A DNA stretch of 32,000 nucleotides from Psychrobacter cryohalolentis K5 (GTDB taxonomy: Bacteria; Pseudomonadota; Gammaproteobacteria; Pseudomonadales; Moraxellaceae): the NCBI RefSeq assembly GCF_000013905.1, contig NC_007969.1, forward strand, positions 630,001 to 662,000, read 5' to 3'. The notes below the pieces were generated by a model. It saw only the letters and a list, made by a program, of their open reading frames with translations. It searched no databases and was not told the origin of the DNA. Positions 21,664 through 32,000 of the stretch are shown piece by piece. Position 1 is the first letter of the stretch, and every line of letters starts with the position of its first letter. A program made the translations under genes and the position numbers.

Positions 21664-21691
21664 TTGACAGACTATTAAAACATGATATGAT
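21664..21691 (+). promoter_or_regulatory. rrn promoter P3 (sigma-70 type)
   Basis: TTGACA-16 nt-TATGAT followed by GGTCAGC. Confidence 0.55.
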
Positions 21692-22002
21692 GGTCAGCTC
21701 GCTAAATAGGATAAGCCAGATTGGTTTAGCATATTTAGTAAGAATACTCTTACTGGACGACAGTTAGAGACATTATTTAAAAGCATAACTAAAGAACAAC
21801 TTGTGTGGATTTTTGCTGATTCAGAATGTTAAAAAATAAAGTTGGTTGACTATCTTTTCGATAGAATTCTAACTATAAAAATTATCATTTAAGACAGTAA
21901 AAAAACTCAAAGTTAATTCATTACGAACATAATTTTTAGCGATTTTGCCAGATTAGATGAGCCAAGTTTAGAAGTCTCTTTAAAGGACTTCATAGCAAGA
22001 TT

Positions 22003-23541
<1,539 letters not shown>

Positions 23542-23626
23542 TAGATGGCATTCGGTCAGCAAGAATTCACAACAAGTTGTTCTTTAGTTTAAGCTAGTTT
23601 ATTAGCTAGAGGTATATGCCTCGTAC

Positions 23627-23703
23627 AGGCCTGTAGCTCAGCTGGTTAGAGCACCGTGTTGATAACGCGGGGGTCGGCAGTTCAAGTCTGCCCAGGCCTA
23701 CCA
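23627..23703 (+). tRNA. tRNA-Ile (anticodon GAT)
   Basis: 77 nt. Acceptor stem AGGCCTG/CAGGCCT, anticodon loop TTGATAA, T-loop GTTCAAGTC, encoded CCA. It sits in the 16S-23S spacer. Confidence 0.97.
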
Positions 23704-23709
23704 TTATTA

Positions 23710-23785
23710 GGGGCCATAGCTCAGTTGGTAGAGCGCCTGCCTTGCACGCAGGAGGTCAACGGTTCGACTCCGTTTGGCTCCACCA
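23710..23785 (+). tRNA. tRNA-Ala (anticodon TGC)
   Basis: 76 nt. Acceptor stem GGGGCCA/TGGCTCC with the G3:U70 identity pair, anticodon loop CTTGCAC, T-loop GTTCGACTC, encoded CCA. Confidence 0.97.
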
Positions 23786-24155
23786 CATAATAAACTTCTT
23801 TAGATGCTAATAAATAAATAGGTATCAAATAGAAACAAGTGATTCGTCTTAACAAAGACAAGATTACTTCTTTCTGTTTTATACAGAATCTGTGACTCGA
23901 CGAGAGCACAGAGACTATTTAAAAACATAGATATGAGTCTGGGTTAGGAACACGTGTTCACGCGTTGTTTCTAACCTTAATAACTCACTACTTAACGACA
24001 TCAGTTGTTATCCCAGTAGTGAGTTATTAAAAAAGTAAAGAGAACTGAATCAAGCGTATAAAATTAGGTGATATCGTTATCATAATTAGGCTTATATAGC
24101 ACTTAGAAATCTAACTCCTATCTTTAGTAATAAAGGTTAGAGAAAGACTACTTGG

Positions 24156-27025
<2,870 letters not shown>

Positions 27026-27206
27026 ACAACACCCAAGTGGTTTGTATGAAAGCTCTAATTAATCTATCTTGTATAGCCTAGGCTATAGAATATATATAAT
27101 TTCGATATCACCTTTAACCTTGATTCAGTTAGGTTACAAGTTGGTCGACCAATAGATAATATCTTGACGTCAAAACAATAATAATAGACTCATATCTAAC
27201 CCCCTT

Positions 27207-27321
27207 TGCTGACGACAATAGCACGATGGAACCACCTGATCCCTTCCCGAACTCAGAAGTGAAACATCGTCGCGCCAATGGTAGTGTGGTTCGCCCATGT
27301 GAGAGTAGGTCATCGTCAGCT
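27207..27321 (+). rRNA. rrf: 5S ribosomal RNA
   Basis: TGCTGACGAC...CCGAACTCAGAAGTGAAAC...GGTAGTGTGG...GAGAGTAGGTCATCGTCAGC, with terminal helix GCTGACGA/TCGTCAGC. Ends are accurate to about +/-3 nt. Confidence 0.93.
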
Positions 27322-27335
27322 CTCTATTCTGAAAT

Positions 27336-27370
27336 ATCCCCCGACTAGTTATCTAGGCGGGGGATTTTCT
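27336..27370 (+). terminator. rrn operon rho-independent terminator
   Basis: ATCCCCCG-a-CTAG-ttat-CTAG-g-CGGGGGAT is followed by TTTTCTTT. It is a strong GC stem 15 nt after the 5S gene. Confidence 0.85.
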
Positions 27371-27485
27371 TTGCCTGACGTTTTGTTCCGTGCCTTAGAA
27401 CCTAATTAATTTAGATTGTTGAAACGTGTTATTGATGATAGATTTCAGGAATAATAAGTTATTAGGTCTTTTTCTAAGGATGAGT

Positions 27486-28502
27486 ATGATTGAAGTTAAA
27501 ATACCTCAAAATTTATCTCTTACCAATGCGTTAAATTTCTGTAATCGCTTGTGGGATTTAGATGATTCAGATAAATATGCTTTTGATTTTGTTAACTTGG
27601 AGTTTATTGAACCATTTACAATGGCATATGTTGCTAATGAGTTGAAACGATTTAGACAAACTAAGATAGAAAGTGAATTTGTAGCCTTGAATCATCAACA
27701 TAAAACATACGCTGCACATATGGGTTTTTTTAAAGCTTTTGGGCTTGATTGTGGAAATAAGCCTGGTCAGGCAGCTGGTAGTAGTACTTATCTGCCTTTA
27801 ACTATACTTAATGTTGCTGAACTTAAAAAAGAAGCTGCTGATGCATATGATCATGTTGGAAATGTGATTGAATCTAAATCAGAAGATATTGCGAAAATAT
27901 TAACTCGTCAAGAAGAAGGTGATCTGGTTGATACTCTTACTTTTTCTATTAGAGAGATAATTAGAAATATCGTTGAGCACTCTGATTCTAAAGTAATCGA
28001 ATATTGCGCACAATATTGGCCAACTAAAAATATAGTTGAATTAGCTATTCTAGATACTGGTAATGGAATTATGAAAGGGTTATCTACTAACCCCCATTTG
28101 ATTATCAAAGACGAGAGGGATGCTTTGCATTTAGCTATGTTACCAGGAGTATCTGGTAAAATGTATAAAGGTGTCAAAAAGCGAAGAGATGATGAGTGGC
28201 AAAACTCTGGATTTGGTCTTTATATGACAAGTAGGATTTGTAGAAATGGTGGCGATTTCTTTATAGTAAGCAATGATAAAAGTATCTTTTTGGATAGTAA
28301 GTCAAAGCGAGACATCGAATGTAATTATAGAGGAACAGCTTTAAGACTTCGTATAGATACTAGTCGAATATCTACCTATAGCGATATGCTTGCCCAGTAT
28401 CGTAAAGAAGGTTTTGAGGCTGCTAAAAGATTCTCCGGTAAAGATGCAGTTGAGCCATCCATTGCATCTACTATGTTAGCTAGAGATTTTAAAGAAAATT
28501 AA
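27486..28502 (+). CDS. GHKL-superfamily (histidine-kinase-like, RsbW/SpoIIAB-type) ATPase with an N-terminal STAS-like region; function unknown
   Basis: Bergerat-fold motifs appear in the correct order and spacing. The N box is REIIRNIVEH (nt 27951-27980). G1 is ILDTGNGI (Asp at nt 28053). The lid segment is LPGVSGK. G2 is NSGFGLYM (Gly at nt 28209). There is no HisKA/DHp His box, no TM segment and no receiver domain. The N-terminal ~130 aa contain FDFVNLEFIEPFTMAYVANELKRF, which resembles the beta3-alpha2 region of STAS / anti-sigma antagonist domains. I chose ATG 27486, 5 nt after TAAGGA. In-frame alternatives are ATG 27480, ATG 27435 and GTG 27426. GC is low (~32%). Confidence 0.8.
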   Translation: MIEVKIPQNLSLTNALNFCNRLWDLDDSDKYAFDFVNLEFIEPFTMAYVANELKRFRQTKIESEFVALNHQHKTYAAHMGFFKAFGLDCGNKPGQAAGSSTYLPLTILNVAELKKEAADAYDHVGNVIESKSEDIAKILTRQEEGDLVDTLTFSIREIIRNIVEHSDSKVIEYCAQYWPTKNIVELAILDTGNGIMKGLSTNPHLIIKDERDALHLAMLPGVSGKMYKGVKKRRDDEWQNSGFGLYMTSRICRNGGDFFIVSNDKSIFLDSKSKRDIECNYRGTALRLRIDTSRISTYSDMLAQYRKEGFEAAKRFSGKDAVEPSIASTMLARDFKEN

Positions 28503-28582
28503 TAGGCTAATTGAGCGGAACTTTTACCGTATGCTTGGTTTTATCATTTTATAGTTGCTTAATAGAATATCAGGGTCTTAAT

Positions 28583-29161
28583 ATGAGTAAATTAATTAAC
28601 CAAATTTCTATCGGTTGTGCAGTGAATGCTGCAATCATAAATGATGTAATGACCAAAGAAAAAGGAACCTTCAACGATTCATGCATAGAAGTGCCCAAAA
28701 AACATAATATAATCTCTCCCGAGCCTAATATGGCATGGCCTTTTCAAAATGCATCTTGGGAGGCATACAAACTTTATTGCATGATTGTTGTTCCCAAAGA
28801 ACTATATAAACTAGCTAAGGATGATAAATATTATTTGGACTTGGTTAAAGAAGATGTAATGCGTAACTTTACTATTAAAAAACAAGAAAAATCTTTTCAA
28901 GAATCAGCGCTATATCACTTTAATTCTTTACGTAACTCAATATCGCACGTCAATTATTCCATTACAGATGATGGATCTTTTGTAATGTGGGATCATAAAT
29001 ATAGACAGGAAGCTGAAGAGCTTTGGCATTGGCACATTGAAATCAATAAAAGTGATATGGACTTATTCCTTGGCGAAATTAGTAGACACATTTTTAATTT
29101 GTATAATGAAATAGAGCGAGGGCTTCGTGATTCAAATACTTATGCCATTATAACTTCATAG
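28583..29161 (+). CDS. Hypothetical protein with an RNxxxH (HEPN-type) motif; putative RNase effector
   Basis: 192-aa ORF on the same strand, 80 nt after gene A, with the same low GC (~35%). The motif LRNSISH (nt 28931-28948) lies in the C-terminal half inside a predicted helical context (ESALYHFNSLRNSISHVNY). This fits the R-N-x3-H form of the HEPN Rx4-6H catalytic motif. I recognise no other family. ATG 28583 follows a weak AGGG SD. An in-frame TTG at 28511 would add a hydrophobic 24-aa N-terminus. Confidence 0.7.
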   Translation: MSKLINQISIGCAVNAAIINDVMTKEKGTFNDSCIEVPKKHNIISPEPNMAWPFQNASWEAYKLYCMIVVPKELYKLAKDDKYYLDLVKEDVMRNFTIKKQEKSFQESALYHFNSLRNSISHVNYSITDDGSFVMWDHKYRQEAEELWHWHIEINKSDMDLFLGEISRHIFNLYNEIERGLRDSNTYAIITS

Positions 29162-29293
29162 TAGGTGAACCCCTTTCCTAAAAGTAGAAAAACTAAAATC
29201 TTACGTTGCAACCAACAAATCTGAAGTACTTATCATCTCCGAATATCTTATTCAAAACCTTTTAAAAAATTGTAGCCTATCAAAGAGAACCCT

Positions 29294-29704
29294 ATGACAA
29301 CTTCAAAAGTAACCTATCAAGGTGATCTGCGCACTACCGCTATTCATTTGCAGTCAAACAACCAAATCATTACCGATGCACCGACTGACAATCAAGGTAA
29401 GGGTGAGGCGTTTTCACCGACTGATTTATTGGCGACCAGCTTAGCCAGTTGTATGCTCACTATTATCGGTATCAAAGCTCGCGATATGGAAATCGATATT
29501 GCAGGCACTACCGCTGAAGTAACTAAAATCATGGCAGCTGATCCAAGACGTGTTAGTGAAGTACATGTCACGATTACTTTTAATCAGGAGTTAGATGATA
29601 AAACGCAAAAAATATTCTATAACACCGCGCTCACGTGTCCGGTTGCGAAAAGCATTCATCCTGATATTATTCAAAAATTGATTATTAATTCTAAAAGCTA
29701 TTGA
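29294..29704 (+). CDS. OsmC/Ohr-family peroxiredoxin-like protein
   Basis: 136 aa with the two conserved Cys contexts of the OsmC family (SPTDLLATSLASCML and ALTCPVAKS). Confidence 0.8.
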   Translation: MTTSKVTYQGDLRTTAIHLQSNNQIITDAPTDNQGKGEAFSPTDLLATSLASCMLTIIGIKARDMEIDIAGTTAEVTKIMAADPRRVSEVHVTITFNQELDDKTQKIFYNTALTCPVAKSIHPDIIQKLIINSKSY

Positions 29705-29756
29705 TTCCAAGAACTACTAATTCCAAAACCTAGTAACCTCTATAATGGTGATTAAT

Positions 29757-30221
29757 ATGGCTACCAAAACCTTGCTTATCGTTGCTCATGCACCATCGCC
29801 TAATACCAAAAAATTAGCACAAGCGGCTTATGACGGTGCCAATCATCCCGATATAGATATCAATGTCATATTGAAATTATCACAAGATACCCAGCCTGAA
29901 GATGTGCTGGCTGCTGATGCACTGTTATTAGGGACGACTGAGAATTTGGCTTATATGGCAGGACTGACCAAAGACTTCTTTGATCGCTGTTATTATCCTG
30001 TGTTAGAGAAGAAGCAGGGAATGCCATTTGCCTTATATATTCGTGCAGGTCATGATGGTACGGGCACCAAGCTTGCGCTGAAGACGATTACCACTGGTCT
30101 GCGTTGGGAATGGATCCAAGAAGCGCTAATACTGCAAGGCGATTGGCAAGAAGAGTTTACTGAGCAAGTTGAAGAGCTGGCGATGACACTGGCAGCTGGG
30201 GTAGAAGCGGGTATTTATTAG
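29757..30221 (+). CDS. Flavodoxin-like fold / NAD(P)H-dependent oxidoreductase family protein
   Basis: TLLIVAHAPSPNTKKLAQA...ADALLLGTTENLAYMAGLTKDFFDR fits the flavodoxin-like beta-alpha-beta pattern with a phosphate-binding loop. The start is ATG 29757 (GGTGA 5 nt upstream) or ATG 29745 as in the ORF track. Confidence 0.6.
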   Translation: MATKTLLIVAHAPSPNTKKLAQAAYDGANHPDIDINVILKLSQDTQPEDVLAADALLLGTTENLAYMAGLTKDFFDRCYYPVLEKKQGMPFALYIRAGHDGTGTKLALKTITTGLRWEWIQEALILQGDWQEEFTEQVEELAMTLAAGVEAGIY

Positions 30222-30293
30222 TTTTTAATGCTTTGCTTGTAGTCATTATTCCTATCAAAGCTGTGACAGTGTAGACCTATAAGGATGTGAGCC

Positions 30294-30947
30294 GTGTTTA
30301 ATAATGATTCAAATAATACTCAGTCTATTGCTCCTGTTGGTATACCGTTTTCTCAAGCGTGTGAAAATAATAAGCAGCCGATTTTAGAAATTTTACAGCA
30401 AGAACTGCAATATTGTATTCATGTATTAGAAGTGGGTTCAGGGACGGGTCAGCATAGCGTTTATTTTGCGCCAAGATTGACCCATTTAACATGGCAGACC
30501 AGTGATGTGTTAGCCCATCATGCGACTATTAATGCTTGGCATGCTGCTTATCCTGCGCCCAATTTATATGCGCCGCTAACTTTTGATTTGGCAGTCGATC
30601 CATTACCGATTAGTCTTGCTAGCAATCAGCCCTATGATGCGGTATTTACCGCCAACACCCTGCATATTATCTCATGGTCTTTGGTGGAAAAGTTGTTTGA
30701 GTTAGTAGGTGAGGCTTTACCTATCAATGGAAAGTTAATCGTATATGGACCGTTTAATGAAAACGGACAGTATACCAGCGCGGGTAATCAGCAGTTTGAT
30801 AGTAGTCTCAGACAACGCGACCCAAAGAGCGGTATTCGTCATTTAGAAGACATAATAGCTTTGGCAAATACACATATGCTAAAACTATCTGATAAATATG
30901 CGATGCCTGCTAATAACCAGCTATTGGTATTCCAAAAAATTAGATAA
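30294..30947 (+). CDS. DUF938-like class I SAM-dependent methyltransferase-fold protein
   Basis: NKQPILEILQ...VLEVGSGTGQHSVYFAPRLTHLTWQTSD carries SAM motif I (E/DxGxGxG). It resembles DUF938 proteins as I recall them. The start is GTG 30294, 8 nt after AAGGA. Confidence 0.6.
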   Translation: MFNNDSNNTQSIAPVGIPFSQACENNKQPILEILQQELQYCIHVLEVGSGTGQHSVYFAPRLTHLTWQTSDVLAHHATINAWHAAYPAPNLYAPLTFDLAVDPLPISLASNQPYDAVFTANTLHIISWSLVEKLFELVGEALPINGKLIVYGPFNENGQYTSAGNQQFDSSLRQRDPKSGIRHLEDIIALANTHMLKLSDKYAMPANNQLLVFQKIR

Positions 30948-30961
30948 CGAATCTTTGGCAT

Positions 30962-31014
30962 AAAAAGACCTCTTAATCGATCGTTTTAAGATCTTGATTG
31001 AGAGGTCTTTTTTT
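30962..31014. terminator. Rho-independent terminator (convergent genes)
   Basis: AAAAAGACCTCTTAATC...GATTGAGAGGTCTTTTTTT: a 12-bp stem with one G-U pair, with an inner GATC...GATC pairing. A T7 run ends at 31014. Confidence 0.8.
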
Positions 31015-31186
31015 ATATCTATAATTGATCCCAAATAAAAAAGATGCGTTATATTGCAACGCGGAACAGGTATAAATATTTCTGGCATGCTGTGCCTACG
31101 CCGACAGAGGCTGCGAAAAATTTATTCCCATTCCGCTGTATCGTTTTAATACTGAATTTACTATATTTAAATTATATACAGTCAAA

Positions 31187-31996
31187 TTACTTATAGGCTT
31201 CTGCTAAAAAATCTAAATAACGTTTCCAAGAACGCTCATCAGCACGGGCATCATATCTATCGCTTCCGAACACACTAAAGGCATGTGGCGCACCACTATA
31301 GGTTAGCATCTCATGTGGCACTTTTGCCGCTTCTAACGTCTTACCCAAAGTGGCAAAGCTTTCAAGGGAGACGGATTCATCCGCAGAGCCATGAAATACC
31401 AATATCTCGCCAGTCGTTTTATCATAACTTTGACCTATTGGGGTGTCAAAGGCACCATGGAAAGGGACAAACGCTTTCTGTGGGAATCCTGAGCGTGCTA
31501 ACTCTAAAGCAACTGTACCGCCAAAACAATAGCCCATCGTCACGCCTGTGCGTGCATCATTGCCTTGCGCTTGACCGGCGTTCAATGCGCCTTGAAGTAG
31601 GCGGCGCATTTTGCTGCGATCGTCATATAGTGCACCAGTTAGGCGTTTATTGTCTTCAATAGTTGTCGGGCGGATACTTTGCCCAAACATATCAGCAGCC
31701 AGTACGTTATAGCCTTCACTTGCCAACATATCAGCGCGCTTGCGCTCATAATCGGTGAGCCCATCCCAATCATGAATCAGTAATATAAATGGCGCATTGG
31801 GTTTATCTGCTTTGGCGTAATAGCCCTCATAGGGTTGATTATCTACCGTATAAGTGACATTTTTAGTGCTAATCGCTGCCGCTGTTTGGCTAAGTAGTAG
31901 TGCTGTTAAGCCTACAGAGGCGCTGTACAATAACTTTTCGCCGTAGCGCTTAGATGATTTAATAGAAGTGGATGTGAATGTCATGGGTAGCCTCAT
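31187..31996 (-). CDS. Dienelactone hydrolase family protein (secreted alpha/beta hydrolase)
   Basis: Signal peptide (LTALLLSQTAAA), LLIHDWDGL, nucleophile elbow GYCFGG, and FHGSADESV...APHAF. This is the typical DLH catalytic Cys-Asp-His arrangement. Confidence 0.8.
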   Translation of the reverse strand: MRLPMTFTSTSIKSSKRYGEKLLYSASVGLTALLLSQTAAAISTKNVTYTVDNQPYEGYYAKADKPNAPFILLIHDWDGLTDYERKRADMLASEGYNVLAADMFGQSIRPTTIEDNKRLTGALYDDRSKMRRLLQGALNAGQAQGNDARTGVTMGYCFGGTVALELARSGFPQKAFVPFHGAFDTPIGQSYDKTTGEILVFHGSADESVSLESFATLGKTLEAAKVPHEMLTYSGAPHAFSVFGSDRYDARADERSWKRYLDFLAEAYK

Positions 31997-32000
31997 TATG

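Noticed and set aside
21846-21879. Fourth TTGACT hexamer upstream of the 16S
   Set aside because: The candidate -10 elements (TAGAAT, TATAAA) lie 10 and 22 nt away. Neither spacing is compatible with a sigma-70 promoter.
23977-24030. Perfect 16-bp inverted repeat TTAATAACTCACTACT / AGTAGTGAGTTATTAA in the tRNA-Ala-23S spacer, and a 16-nt palindrome TATAGCCTAGGCTATA at 27072-27087 in the 23S-5S spacer
   Set aside because: They are most simply explained as spacer secondary structure in the pre-rRNA. There are no flanking coding or mobility features. They would only be interesting if they recur outside rrn operons, which I cannot check here.
27419-27447. Possible promoter for gene A (TTGAAA at 27419-27424)
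   Set aside because: No acceptable -10 hexamer lies at 16-18 nt spacing (TAGATT is only 14 nt away). The cassette promoter therefore remains unidentified.

Overview
This is a chromosomal window from a gammaproteobacterium of the Moraxellaceae. From memory the 16S reads like Psychrobacter, but that needs a database search I cannot run. About 94% of the window is ordinary core genome. It holds a CPA1 cation/proton antiporter, DUF2254 and YihY membrane proteins, wrbA plus a DUF2069 gene, and groES-groEL behind a sigma-32-type promoter. It also holds yaaA, the three-gene transhydrogenase pntAA-pntAB-pntB, a hotdog thioesterase, a stand-alone iscX, a GyrI-like protein, dapE, a 2OG-Fe(II) oxygenase, rlmJ and pssA. 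A complete rrn operon follows: three tandem promoters, 16S, tRNA-Ile(GAT), tRNA-Ala(TGC), 23S, 5S and a terminator. Downstream lie an OsmC-family gene, a flavodoxin-like gene, a DUF938 methyltransferase-like gene and a dienelactone hydrolase. The one clearly accessory segment is about 1.8 kb (about 27.37-29.29 kb) directly after the rrn terminator. Hand counts give about 32-35% GC there, against about 47-52% in flanking genes. It carries two same-strand genes with no obvious housekeeping role. Gene A (27486-28502) has a recognisable GHKL/Bergerat ATPase core (N box, DxGxG, GxGL) behind a STAS-like N-terminal region. Gene B (28583-29161) is an orphan whose only recognisable signature is an RNxxxH (HEPN-type) motif. 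I consider this pair the best candidate for an undescribed defence, abortive-infection or toxin module in the window. That reading rests on motifs plus context only. I saw no CRISPR array, transposase, integrase or prophage gene.
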